Source of the DNA: Acidimicrobiia bacterium
Lineage (GTDB): Bacteria; Actinomycetota; Acidimicrobiia; Spongiisociales; UBA5794
NCBI GenBank assembly: GCA_030066875.1
Contig: JASJAS010000007.1
Coordinates: forward strand, 10,744 to 74,743
Direction of reading: 5' to 3'
DNA length: 64,000 nucleotides
In this document: positions 46,318 to 55,655 of the stretch, piece after piece
Layout: every line of letters starts with the position of its first letter
Numbering within the stretch: the first letter of the stretch is position 1
Notes under the pieces: generated by a model
Told to the model about the DNA's origin: nothing
Database searches by the model: none
Seen by the model: only the letters and a program-made list of their open reading frames with translations
Translations under genes and position numbers: made by a program

Positions 46318-47558
46318 TTCCCGAGCGACCTCTCGTCAGACCAACCAGTATCTATCTGCCGACGGCAGAGTACGCGCCCAAGGTGGCCGTGGTACCCAAA
46401 TCGTCCGTACCGGCGGGCTATTGGCAAACACTCGAGGCCACTAACCCCTATAGCTTCGAGCTGGTAATGAGGGACTTCATTCCCAGCGAGGGCGCCAGTC
46501 CCGACATGGCGACACCGGTGGGCCGGGCCCGATTAGACATGATGATCGCCCGGGGTGTCTACGAGTACCACTCCGAGCCGGCCTACTACGTGTATCGCGT
46601 GGACGATGGTTACCGGACCCAGACCGGCATCGTCGGGGAGGTAGAAGCCGCCGCCTACGACCGCGGCTTGATCAAGCGACACGAACACACCAGGCCAGAG
46701 GCCGAAGCGGCTCTGGTCAACGCTCTTCGACAAATGCAGGCGAACTCATATCCGATGTGCATGACCTACCGGCATGCCGGGATCAATGCGCTCATCGATC
46801 GCCTCACCGCAGAAGAGCCGATCCTCGACTTCCTCGGGCAGGACGGCGTGCAGCAGAGTGTGTGGAAAGTGAGGGGTAGCGAGACCGAGGACGAACTCGA
46901 AGGCTGCCTGCACAACATCGAAGCCCTCTACATAACCGATGGGCACCATCGCGCTGCGGCCGGTGCTGCGCTGGCGCGGGCGACGGCGGCGATACACCCC
47001 GATGCCACCGGTCTCGAAAGTTTCAACTACGTGATGGGTGTCATCTACCCGTCGCAACAGCTCAAGCTGGTCGAGTACAACCGGTGCGTAACGGATCTTG
47101 GCGGCCTCACCGACGTGGAGTTCGTCCAGCGAGTCAGCGAGCGGATGACCGTCGATCGGCTGCACGTAGACGATCCCGACGCGGCCCGCCCGGAGCGGCC
47201 CGGCACGTTCGGAATGTTTGTCGGCGACAAGTGGTATCGGTTGACGGTGCCCGACGGATTGCTGGCGGGCGACGATCCATACGGGGGCTTGGATGTCGTG
47301 TTGCTCAACAACTTGATCCTCGGCCCGATTCTCGGCATCAGCGACCCGCGCACCAGCGAGCGCCTCGAGTACATCCCCGGCACCGTACCCCTCGACTACA
47401 TCGCGACTGAAGGAAGTTGCGGGGCGTTCTTCCTGGTGCATCCAACCAAGATGGCCCAAGTTGCTGCCGTGGCCGATCAGGGTCTGGTCATGCCACCAAA
47501 GTCCACGTGGTTCCTTCCCAAGATCAGTAGCGGCCTTTTCATCCGGCTGTTCGACTGA
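46314..47558 (+). CDS. DUF1015 family protein
   Basis: ATGA overlap with the upstream gene. HEHTRPEAEA and ALYITDGHHR segments are as I recall for DUF1015. Confidence 0.7.
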   Translation: MIPERPLVRPTSIYLPTAEYAPKVAVVPKSSVPAGYWQTLEATNPYSFELVMRDFIPSEGASPDMATPVGRARLDMMIARGVYEYHSEPAYYVYRVDDGYRTQTGIVGEVEAAAYDRGLIKRHEHTRPEAEAALVNALRQMQANSYPMCMTYRHAGINALIDRLTAEEPILDFLGQDGVQQSVWKVRGSETEDELEGCLHNIEALYITDGHHRAAAGAALARATAAIHPDATGLESFNYVMGVIYPSQQLKLVEYNRCVTDLGGLTDVEFVQRVSERMTVDRLHVDDPDAARPERPGTFGMFVGDKWYRLTVPDGLLAGDDPYGGLDVVLLNNLILGPILGISDPRTSERLEYIPGTVPLDYIATEGSCGAFFLVHPTKMAQVAAVADQGLVMPPKSTWFLPKISSGLFIRLFD

Positions 47559-48394
47559 TGACCACAGGACCCTCGGCCCTGGTGCTCGGCGTAGCCCAGG
47601 ACGGAGGCCATCCCCAGCCGGGGTGTGAGGGTTCCTGTTGCCTCGGAGAAGGAACCATTCCTCACCTGACTACCTGTGTTGCGGTGCTGGATCGAGGCAG
47701 GGCCTGGCTGCTCGATGCCGGGCCCGATCTCCCGCGCCACATCAGTAGGCTCGCAGCAACCGACGCCGCACTCGCCGGGATTCTGCTCACCCATGCCCAC
47801 ATGGGTCACTACACGGGCCTGATCCATCTGGGCCCGGAGAGCATGAACACCCAACGACTCCCAGTCTGGGGTGCGCCGCGCATGGTCGAATTCCTGCGGG
47901 ACAATGCACCGTGGGATCAGCTTCTCCGCATGGAGAACATCGAGCTGCGGGTAATCGATGGGCCGATCACGCTGTCCGATCGGGTAAGCGTTGACGCATT
48001 CCTCGTGCCCCATCGCGACGAATCCACCGAGACCGTGGGATTCCGGATCGAGGGCGATGCGGCCAGCCTGCTCTACGTGCCCGACACAGACGGTTGGGAA
48101 GGCTGGGACCCGCCGATCGAGCACCATCTATCCCAGGTCGACACCGCCTTGCTCGACGGCACCTTCTTCTCAGACGATGAGCTGCCGGGCCGCGACATGA
48201 AGGCAATCGCCCACCCCAGCGTCGAGGAGTCGTTGCGGCGCTTCGCCGACCTCGACGAGCAGGAGCGCCGCAAGATTCACTTCACTCATCTCAACCACAC
48301 CAACCCTCTACTGCGTCGTGACAGCGACGAGTTTGTGCGGGTGGCTCGCGCCGGAATGTCCGTCGCCAACGAAGGCGCGCTCTTCGAACTCTGA
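47558..48394 (+). CDS. MBL-fold metallo-hydrolase, PqqB-like
   Basis: TGATG junction with DUF1015. LLTHAHMGHYTGL metal-binding motif. Confidence 0.75.
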   Translation: MTTGPSALVLGVAQDGGHPQPGCEGSCCLGEGTIPHLTTCVAVLDRGRAWLLDAGPDLPRHISRLAATDAALAGILLTHAHMGHYTGLIHLGPESMNTQRLPVWGAPRMVEFLRDNAPWDQLLRMENIELRVIDGPITLSDRVSVDAFLVPHRDESTETVGFRIEGDAASLLYVPDTDGWEGWDPPIEHHLSQVDTALLDGTFFSDDELPGRDMKAIAHPSVEESLRRFADLDEQERRKIHFTHLNHTNPLLRRDSDEFVRVARAGMSVANEGALFEL

Positions 48395-48408
48395 GCAGAT
48401 GCTCCTGC

Positions 48409-48456
48409 GTTCTTGCGTAACTGGCGGCCTATATGAGCCGTGGTATACGCAAGAAC
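48409..48456 (+). repeat. 48-nt nested-hairpin element, copy 2
   Basis: GTTCTTGCGTAACTGGCGGCCTATATGAGCCGTGGTATACGCAAGAAC. It sits in the 77-nt gap between two convergent genes. Confidence 0.75.
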
Positions 48457-48471
48457 GGGATGGGCACCGAT

Positions 48472-49203
48472 CTAGACGAGGTGACCGCCGCCATCGAGAC
48501 GAATGATCTCCCCGGTGATGAAGTCGTTGCGGATTAGATGGAGCGCTGCGGCAGCGACGGGATCGGTGCCGCCCACCCGCTGCAGAGGAAGTTGCTCGGC
48601 CAGCGCCTCGACGTAGGCGGCGTCCTCTCCTGGCGGCGGAAGGATGACACCAAGCGCCACTGCGTTCACCCGGATGCGCGGCGCCAGGGCCAGCGCGGCG
48701 GCCCGGGTGAAGGCGTCGACTCCCCCCTTTGCGATCACGTAGGAAAAGTGTTCCTGGTACGGAGTCATGGTGCGCACGTCGGTCACGTTGACGACCGCGC
48801 CATCGGCGCCATCACCGAGTGCTGCCGCGAAAGCCTGGGTGAGAAACACCGGCGACACGAGGGTCAAGTCATGACTTCGCCGCCACCCTTCGATGCTCAC
48901 GTCATCGAGCGAATCCGTGGCGAAACCCGAGGCGGAATTCACGAGAATCGACACCTCTCCAACTGCATCGGTAGCCATGTCAATTAGCTGAGGAGCCAGC
49001 TCGGGATTGCCGAGGTCGACGGCTCCGATAGCACCGGTGCCGCCGGCGGCCTCTATTTCGTCAAGGGTCTCCTCGGCGGGTCCGGCGGAGCTGTTGTAGT
49101 GAATGAACACCCGGGCACCTGCCCCGGCAAGGGCGAGTGCAATAGCTTTCCCTACCCGGCGGGCCCCTCCGGTTACGATCGCTGCCCGGTTGTTGATGTC
49201 CAT
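48472..49203 (-). CDS. SDR-family oxidoreductase (pteridine-reductase-like)
   Basis: AIVTGGARRVGKAIA and YVIAKGG (YxxxK). 243 aa. Confidence 0.8.
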   Translation of the reverse strand: MDINNRAAIVTGGARRVGKAIALALAGAGARVFIHYNSSAGPAEETLDEIEAAGGTGAIGAVDLGNPELAPQLIDMATDAVGEVSILVNSASGFATDSLDDVSIEGWRRSHDLTLVSPVFLTQAFAAALGDGADGAVVNVTDVRTMTPYQEHFSYVIAKGGVDAFTRAAALALAPRIRVNAVALGVILPPPGEDAAYVEALAEQLPLQRVGGTDPVAAAALHLIRNDFITGEIIRLDGGGHLV

Positions 49204-49215
49204 CCGGGCAGGCTA

Positions 49216-49848
49216 ATGGCCCGATTGGATGAAATGGCACAACGGCGGAGAGTGACTATCTTTTCGCGTGTGAGCAAGGAAGATCCCAAGCACGGCCGGT
49301 GGATTCTGCCGCTGGTGGTGCTAGCCCTCGTGGCCTTTACGTACACATTCGTCAACAACCTACCGGCCGCCGAGACGGTGGTGTCGACCACCCTTGCCGC
49401 AGAAACCACGACGACCACCACTGAGCCACCCGAGGAGACCACAACCACCACGCTGCCAGAAGAGGTAATGGCCTTCATCTCAACCGCCGATTCGCTTGGA
49501 GCAACCGCGGCCCAGATGCGCACCGATGCCCAAACCATCAACGACGAATATCCGGACGTGACCGGCTACGGCGCAACCCGCGATCTGCTCAGTGCGCTAA
49601 AGGCCGACACAACGGCGTTTGTAGAGGATGTCGATGAGGTCGTTGTGCCTGCCGCCGCGGCGGAGAAGTGGAGTGATGTGACCACGTCAGCCGCTGCAAT
49701 GGAGCAGGCGGCCGACGACATGCTCGATGGCCTGGTGAACACCTCAGGGTCGGAGAAGCGGTTGGGTGCCCTGGAGGACTACAACATCGCGGCGGCGACG
49801 TTCGACCAGGCGCTCGACGCTGCAAAGGACGCCGCTACCGAGGGATAG
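49216..49848 (+). CDS. hypothetical membrane-anchored protein with a Thr-rich linker
   Basis: N-terminal TM segment (WILPLVVLALVAFTYTFV), TTTTTEPPEETTTTT linker, then a helical acidic domain. Confidence 0.5.
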   Translation: MARLDEMAQRRRVTIFSRVSKEDPKHGRWILPLVVLALVAFTYTFVNNLPAAETVVSTTLAAETTTTTTEPPEETTTTTLPEEVMAFISTADSLGATAAQMRTDAQTINDEYPDVTGYGATRDLLSALKADTTAFVEDVDEVVVPAAAAEKWSDVTTSAAAMEQAADDMLDGLVNTSGSEKRLGALEDYNIAAATFDQALDAAKDAATEG

Positions 49849-49870
49849 GCTCCTGTCCGTCGGTAGCCCT

Positions 49871-51283
49871 CTACGAATCCGATCGGACGTTGGGCGCGTA
49901 GGACTCAACAGGCAGACTCAGAACAAACCGAGCACCACCGAGAGGAGAGTCGACCACGGACACGTCGCCTCCGTGCGCAGCAGCAACCGCGGCAACGAGG
50001 GCCAGACCCAGGCCGGCTCCGCCCCGCCCACGATCGCGCGCTTCGTCGAGCCGGGTAAAGCGCTCGAAGACCGTGCGACGCTGACCCTTCGGGATTCCCG
50101 TTCCGTCATCGTCGACGCTGAGCACAGCCTGCTCACCCTCGACCACGAGTGCCACGGCCACCTTGGCCTCAGCATGACGCACGGCGTTGTCCAGCAAGTT
50201 CCGCACCGCAAAGGTGAGCTGCCGTGGATTACCGGTCACCCGCGTCGGATTCACCCCATCGAGGTCCATCTCCGTCCCAGCGACTCGCTTTGCCTCCGCA
50301 AAGACGATGTCGTCGAGATCGACCTCCTCGCGACCAGCTGCTGCTTGTTCGTCGAGCCGGGCTAGCTGCAGCAATTCATCGACCAGGAACTCGAGACGCT
50401 GCTGTTCCTCGAGAACAGCTGTGGCGGTCTCGTTCCAGTCGATGCTCTCAGGATGCGCCAGGGCGACTTCGAGCTTGGCCTTGATGGCCGCGATCGGGTT
50501 GCGCAGTTCATGCGAGGCGTCGGAGACGAATTCACGCTGACGCTGCCTGCTGGCGGAGAGACGGTCGAGCATCTTGTTCATGGTCACTGCGAGGTCGGCG
50601 ACCTCATCACGACTCGCCGGAACCGGCACTCGCTCCTCCAGCCGATCATCGGTAATGCGATCGACCTGCGCGGAGATGCTCTCGACGGGACGGAAGGCGC
50701 GACCGGTCACGAACCAGGCGGTGATGCCGATGCCCCCAACCAGCACAGGCACGAGAACGAGCAGGATTCCACGCAACGCGCTGACCCCGGCTCTGACGGG
50801 CTCCAAGGGCGACGCCGCAGTCAGAGTGAGCGTTCCGGAGGCAAGCTCGACGGGCAAGGTCACGGTAGTGATGTCATCGCGGAGTTCGATCTCGCCTGTG
50901 ATCTCACCGAAAACCGGGGGTACTGGGCCGCCATCGACTGCGAAGGGTCCATCGATGATCACGGCTCCGCCGAAGACGCCGGGTGGGGTCTCGCCGACGA
51001 CCACACCCGCCTCGTCGACGAGGAAGTAGCTCGTCCCGCCCTCCCCGACCGGCAGGATCAGCTCCGGGGCAAGCATCGCATCCAGCGCCTCCATCGCCAT
51101 GATGTCTTGGGCAATCATCTCCAGTTCGGCGAGGTCCTGGGCCTCGAGATCGTCGATCCAAGCCGCTTCGGCCCGGTTCAACAGGAACCAGGTCCCGAAC
51201 ACCATGACCAGGGCAAACGAGACGGTCACGGCAACGGTGATGCGTCCCCGCACACTCACCGTCCATGCGACGAACCTGCTCAT
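49871..51283 (-). CDS. sensor histidine kinase (HAMP-HisKA-HATPase)
   Basis: Two TM segments. H-box SHELRNPIAAI. N/G boxes NLLDNAVRH and DDGTGIP...GGAGLGLALV. Confidence 0.9.
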   Translation of the reverse strand: MSRFVAWTVSVRGRITVAVTVSFALVMVFGTWFLLNRAEAAWIDDLEAQDLAELEMIAQDIMAMEALDAMLAPELILPVGEGGTSYFLVDEAGVVVGETPPGVFGGAVIIDGPFAVDGGPVPPVFGEITGEIELRDDITTVTLPVELASGTLTLTAASPLEPVRAGVSALRGILLVLVPVLVGGIGITAWFVTGRAFRPVESISAQVDRITDDRLEERVPVPASRDEVADLAVTMNKMLDRLSASRQRQREFVSDASHELRNPIAAIKAKLEVALAHPESIDWNETATAVLEEQQRLEFLVDELLQLARLDEQAAAGREEVDLDDIVFAEAKRVAGTEMDLDGVNPTRVTGNPRQLTFAVRNLLDNAVRHAEAKVAVALVVEGEQAVLSVDDDGTGIPKGQRRTVFERFTRLDEARDRGRGGAGLGLALVAAVAAAHGGDVSVVDSPLGGARFVLSLPVESYAPNVRSDS

Positions 51284-51966
51284 GCCGTCAACCGGTAGCC
51301 GACGCCGCGCACGGTCTGGACGCTGTGGGTTCCGAACGGGCGGTCGACCTTCTTCCGCAGGTACCCGACATAAACCTCGACGATGTTCGCCGGACCGAAG
51401 TAGTCGAGACCCCAGACCCTATCCAGCAGATCCTGCTTGGTGAAGACCCGCCCGGGATCCGCAGCTAGCGCTTCGAGCAAAGCAAACTCGCGAGGCGTAA
51501 GGCGAATCGCCTCCTCACCGCGCCGGCACTCACGGGTTGATGGATCGAGGCAGAGATCCCCTACCGCCAGAATCTCGGGACGGATCGACTCAGACCGGCG
51601 CGCCAGCGCTCGCAACCGCGCCAGGAGCACCACGAACGAGAAGGGCTTGGTGAGATAGTCGTCCGCTCCCGTATCGAGCCCTTCTGCCTCGTCGTACTCG
51701 CCGTCTTTGGCGGTGAGCATGAGGATCGGGGTCCAGATCTGCTCTTCGCGCAAGATTGCACATAGGCGGTAGCCGTTCAGCTTGGGAAGCATGATGTCCA
51801 AGATCATCGCGTCGAACTGCCCGTGACGGGCACGCCATAGCCCGTCCTCACCGTCGTGGGAAACCTCTACGTCGTATCCCTCGGCTTGCAGGCCCTGGGC
51901 GACGGCGCTGGCCAGATTGACTTCGTCTTCAACGATCAAGACTCGCACCGGCACAGTATCGGCCAT
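51280..51966 (-). CDS. OmpR-family response regulator
   Basis: Receiver domain (VLIVEDE, DAMILDIMLP, LMLTAK) plus winged-helix domain (LTPREFALLEAL...VRGVGYRL). ATGA overlap with the kinase gene. Confidence 0.9.
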   Translation of the reverse strand: MADTVPVRVLIVEDEVNLASAVAQGLQAEGYDVEVSHDGEDGLWRARHGQFDAMILDIMLPKLNGYRLCAILREEQIWTPILMLTAKDGEYDEAEGLDTGADDYLTKPFSFVVLLARLRALARRSESIRPEILAVGDLCLDPSTRECRRGEEAIRLTPREFALLEALAADPGRVFTKQDLLDRVWGLDYFGPANIVEVYVGYLRKKVDRPFGTHSVQTVRGVGYRLTA

Positions 51967-51971
51967 TGAAC

Positions 51972-52029
51972 CTGAGAACTGGCTGAGAAACTCTGAGAGT
52001 CTTCTCAGCGGCTCTCAGCTTCTTCTCAG
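51972..52029. promoter_or_regulatory. dyad-symmetric array of six hexamers (3x CTGAGA, then 3x TCTCAG) in a divergent promoter region
   Basis: CTGAGA at 51972, 51983 and 51993. TCTCAG at 52003, 52013 and 52024. All three pairs share the dyad centre 52000.5, and spacing is 10-11 nt. Confidence 0.5.
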
Positions 52030-52075
52030 CCTCGGTTCGTCACTCTGCCCGGGACACTTCCGAATGGAGCAACAC

Positions 52076-52645
52076 ATGTTGAGAAGAATGATTCCGATAG
52101 CGGTTGCGTTGCTGCTCGTCGTGAGTGCTTGCGGCGACGGCGATGTTGCAAGCACCACTCCCACGCTGCCCAGCATCGAGTCGCCAGCGGAGAGCCAGGC
52201 TACGACCACCACCACAGAGGCCGTCGACCCGGAAGAGGCTTTCCAGGAGTACACACAGTGCATGCGGGAGCACGGCATCGACATGCCCGACCCCAGCTCC
52301 GGCAGCGGTGGTGTGATCGAGATCGAAGGCGACGGCGAGGACCTGATGCTCGACGGCGCGTTCGAGGAGGCAGCAGCCCAGTGCGATCCGATCCTCGAGG
52401 CAGCCTTTGGCGAGTTCGACCTGAGCCCGGAGCAGGAGGCAGAGATGATGGATCAGGAACTGGCTCTTGCCCAGTGCATGAGGGCTGAGGGTATCGACTG
52501 GCCGGATCCAAGCGGCGACGGGAATGTCATGATCGAGCTGGGTGAGAGCGTGGACCCGGAAGCTATCGATACTGCCCTCGACAAGTGCATCAAGGAAGCG
52601 TTTGGTGACACCGGTGGTCTGATCCTCGAAGGAGAGACTTCGTGA
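52076..52645 (+). CDS. acidic secreted lipoprotein, hypothetical
   Basis: Signal peptide with lipobox MLRRMIPIAVALLLVVSAC. Four Cys lie in repeated xQCMRExGIDxPDP-like segments. Confidence 0.55.
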   Translation: MLRRMIPIAVALLLVVSACGDGDVASTTPTLPSIESPAESQATTTTTEAVDPEEAFQEYTQCMREHGIDMPDPSSGSGGVIEIEGDGEDLMLDGAFEEAAAQCDPILEAAFGEFDLSPEQEAEMMDQELALAQCMRAEGIDWPDPSGDGNVMIELGESVDPEAIDTALDKCIKEAFGDTGGLILEGETS

Positions 52646-53679
52646 TGAGGCGCATCGGCATCTTCAGCTTGGCGGTGGCTGCCATCGCCGTCGGGGTTCT
52701 CTGGGTAACAGGCTCCGATGAGACGCCGGCAGCCGGGACCACGACCGACGCCCCTGCGGCAGCACCGAACACCGAGACGGTGAGCAGAAAGACTCTGCAG
52801 AACGCCGAGGAGTTCAAGGGCTCACTCGGCTACGGCGAGCAGTTTGCGCTCCCCGGCTTCGCTGCCGGAACGGTGAGCTGGGTCCCGGAAGATGGAACGG
52901 TGCTCCGGCCCGGAGACATGCTCTACAAAGTAGACGAGAAGCCGACCTACTGGACATATGGCGACGTACCCATGTACCGCGAGCTGACATCCGGCTCCAA
53001 AGGATCGGATGTCGAACAGCTGCAGCGCTACCTCCAGGAGCAGGAATACCTCGCCGCCGACATCGAGATCGACGGCAAGTATGGGCGGGCAACCCGAGAG
53101 GCCGTCAAGGACTGGCAGGACGCTCATGGCCTGGATGACACAGGCCGTATCGACGGAACCCAGTTGCTGTTCCTTCCCTACGACTCGGTTCGAGTGGCCG
53201 CCGCTCCCCGAATCGGCGATCCGGCAGCTGGCGGAGTGCTGGAGGTCACCGAGTCCACCCTCTACGTGACACTCGACATCAGCACTCGGAAGAAGACGGC
53301 GTTCGAGGGCTCGCCCAGCATCGAGGTGGAAACCGCCGATGGCACCCGGCTTGCGGCGTCGGTGGATTCGATCGAGGCGCAGCAATCCCAGGACGCGTTC
53401 GGTGGTCAAAACTATCGGGTGCGTCTCGATCTCGGTGCCGCCGCGGATCGGGAGCCGGGCCAGGTCTCTGTCGATGTCATCGACGTGCTGGCTTCAGACG
53501 TACTGGCCGTTCCCGCTCGTGCGCTCGTTGCTCTCGTCGAGGGCGGCTATGCCGTCGAGAAGCTCAACTCCGACGGCACGACAACCTATGTCGGGGTCAC
53601 CCTCGGCGAGTTCGCCGACGGTTGGGTCGAAGTTGCCGGCGATCTCAACGAGGGCGACAGAGTGGTGGTACCGGAATGA
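52642..53679 (+). CDS. peptidoglycan-binding / HlyD-like periplasmic adaptor protein
   Basis: N-terminal TM segment. PG_binding_1-like segment (VEQLQRYLQEQEYL...DGKYGRATREAVKDWQDAHGL). Beta-barrel tail. Coupled to the ABC genes. Confidence 0.7.
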   Translation: MMRRIGIFSLAVAAIAVGVLWVTGSDETPAAGTTTDAPAAAPNTETVSRKTLQNAEEFKGSLGYGEQFALPGFAAGTVSWVPEDGTVLRPGDMLYKVDEKPTYWTYGDVPMYRELTSGSKGSDVEQLQRYLQEQEYLAADIEIDGKYGRATREAVKDWQDAHGLDDTGRIDGTQLLFLPYDSVRVAAAPRIGDPAAGGVLEVTESTLYVTLDISTRKKTAFEGSPSIEVETADGTRLAASVDSIEAQQSQDAFGGQNYRVRLDLGAAADREPGQVSVDVIDVLASDVLAVPARALVALVEGGYAVEKLNSDGTTTYVGVTLGEFADGWVEVAGDLNEGDRVVVPE

Positions 53680-54365
53680 CCGTCCTCGAACTGCGCGATG
53701 TTGTCAAGGAGTACCCGGGAAGTCCACCGATACGAGCGCTGGAAGGCGTGTCTATCTCGGTGGCGCGCAGCGAGTTAGTTGGAATCGTTGGAGCCTCCGG
53801 TTCCGGCAAGTCAACAATGATGAACATCATCGGGACCCTCGCCCGGCCTACCTCCGGCACCGTCTGGCTCGAAGGCCGCGATGTGAGCACCCGACGGGAC
53901 CAGACCCTGGCCGGGCTGCGGGCCGCACGCATCGGCTTCGTGTTCCAACAGTTCCATCTCGTGCCGGGCCTCTCGGCAACGGACAACGTTGCCACCGGCC
54001 TCGTCTACCGCAGAATCGGGAGAGCGAAGAGGCGCCAAGCCGCCGAGGTCGCGCTGCGACAGGTAGGTCTCGGGCACCGCCTCGACCATCGCCCCCGGCA
54101 ACTATCCGGAGGCGAACGACAGCGAGTCGCCATCGCCAGGGCGCTGGTTGGCGAGCCCGCTCTCATTCTCGCCGATGAGCCGACCGGGAACCTCGATTCC
54201 AAGACCGGCGAGGGGATAATCCAGCTGATTCTCGACCTCAATCGCCAGGGAAGGACGATCCTCATCATCACCCACGACCAGGGGATCGCAGCCCGCCTCC
54301 ACCGGCGCATCGAACTCGTCGATGGACGCGTTGTCGCCGATGTCCGGAACGGGGAGGCGGCATGA
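53676..54365 (+). CDS. ABC transporter ATP-binding protein (MacB/LolD-like)
   Basis: Walker A GASGSGKST, signature LSGGERQRVAIARAL, Walker B ILADEPTG. ATGA overlaps on both sides. Confidence 0.9.
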   Translation: MTVLELRDVVKEYPGSPPIRALEGVSISVARSELVGIVGASGSGKSTMMNIIGTLARPTSGTVWLEGRDVSTRRDQTLAGLRAARIGFVFQQFHLVPGLSATDNVATGLVYRRIGRAKRRQAAEVALRQVGLGHRLDHRPRQLSGGERQRVAIARALVGEPALILADEPTGNLDSKTGEGIIQLILDLNRQGRTILIITHDQGIAARLHRRIELVDGRVVADVRNGEAA

Positions 54366-55564
54366 TGGAAGCGACTGCCCGCAGCCGCATCCGACCGCTC
54401 GACCTCCTCCGTAGTGGCGGTCAAGGGCTCAGCACGCGGCCGGGACGGACAATGCTCACCGCTCTCGGGATCGCCATCGGTATCGCTGCGATGATTGGCG
54501 TATTGGGCATATCAGCTTCATCCAAGGCTGCCCTGTTGCGACAAATCGATGACCTGGGGACCAACCTGCTTGCGGTACAGGCCGGCCAGTCGGTCTTCGG
54601 CGAACAGGCCAAGCTACCGGAGGCAGCCCCTGCCATGGTGCGGCGTATCCCTCCCGTCGAGCAGGCCGCCGCGCTGACGTCGGTGTCCGCGAGCGTGCGC
54701 CGAACCAACTACATACCCGAATCGGAGACCAATGGGATCACCGTCTATGCGGCCGAAGTCGAGACTGCCGACACTCTGCAGGCCAAACTGGCTCAGGGCC
54801 GGTTTCTCGACACCGCAACGGTGCGTACTCCTGCCATCGTGCTCGGCGCGGTGAGTGCAGAGCGGCTCGGAATCACCTCGATCAGCGAAGGGCCGATGGT
54901 CTATCTCAACGGACATTGGTTCAACGTGATCGGGATCCTCGATCCTCTCCCGCTGAACCCCGACCTCGACCGCGCCGCCTTCATCGGCTACCCGACTGCC
55001 GCCAAGCTGTTCGACACCAAACCCAATGCCTCGACCATCTACCTGCGGACGCACCCGGACCAGGTGGAAGGGGTGCGAGCGCTGCTCGGACGCACTGCCA
55101 ACCCCGAGAATCCGAACGAGGTCCAGGTCTCCCGACCCTCCGACGCGCTCGAAGCCAAGGCGACCGTCGACCAGAACCTGACCCGGCTACTGCTCGGTCT
55201 CGGTGCGGTGGCCCTCGTGGTCGGTGGCGTCGGTATCGCCAACGTCATGGTGATATCGGTGCTCGAACGCCGGTCTGAGATCGGTCTGCGGCGAGCCCTC
55301 GGAGCCAAGCGCATGCACATCGCCGGCCAGTTCGTGACGGAGAGCGTGTTGCTGTCGCTCATCGGCGGCGTCGGTGGGGCTGTGCTGGGCGCCACCGTCA
55401 CCCAGGTCTACGCCTCCCGCCAAGGTTGGGTGGTAGACATCCCCGTCGCTGCGCTGGCTGCAGGTGTCGCGGTGGCCCTCGCCGTCGGCGCTCTCGCGGG
55501 CTTGTACCCGGCGATCCGAGCGGCACGCATGGATCCCGCCGAAGCAGTCCATCCGACGGGTTAA
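54362..55564 (+). CDS. ABC transporter permease, FtsX/MacB-type
   Basis: N-terminal TM segment, large extracytoplasmic domain, and a C-terminal FtsX-like 3-TM bundle (LERRSEIGLRRALGAKR). Confidence 0.9.
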   Translation: MMEATARSRIRPLDLLRSGGQGLSTRPGRTMLTALGIAIGIAAMIGVLGISASSKAALLRQIDDLGTNLLAVQAGQSVFGEQAKLPEAAPAMVRRIPPVEQAAALTSVSASVRRTNYIPESETNGITVYAAEVETADTLQAKLAQGRFLDTATVRTPAIVLGAVSAERLGITSISEGPMVYLNGHWFNVIGILDPLPLNPDLDRAAFIGYPTAAKLFDTKPNASTIYLRTHPDQVEGVRALLGRTANPENPNEVQVSRPSDALEAKATVDQNLTRLLLGLGAVALVVGGVGIANVMVISVLERRSEIGLRRALGAKRMHIAGQFVTESVLLSLIGGVGGAVLGATVTQVYASRQGWVVDIPVAALAAGVAVALAVGALAGLYPAIRAARMDPAEAVHPTG

Positions 55565-55600
55565 GTGAAATCGTCGTCCACACCAACTCAGAACAATGCA

Positions 55601-55627
55601 GAGACGGGGCCTCGCGGGCCCCGTCTC
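55601..55627. terminator. bidirectional stem-loop between convergent genes
   Basis: GAGACGGGGCC-TCGCG-GGCCCCGTCTC is a perfect 11-bp GC-rich stem. It lies between the ABC permease stop (55564) and the glnII stop (55656). Confidence 0.65.
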
Positions 55628-55655
55628 AGTATGAGGAGATTCATCTAACGGCTGG

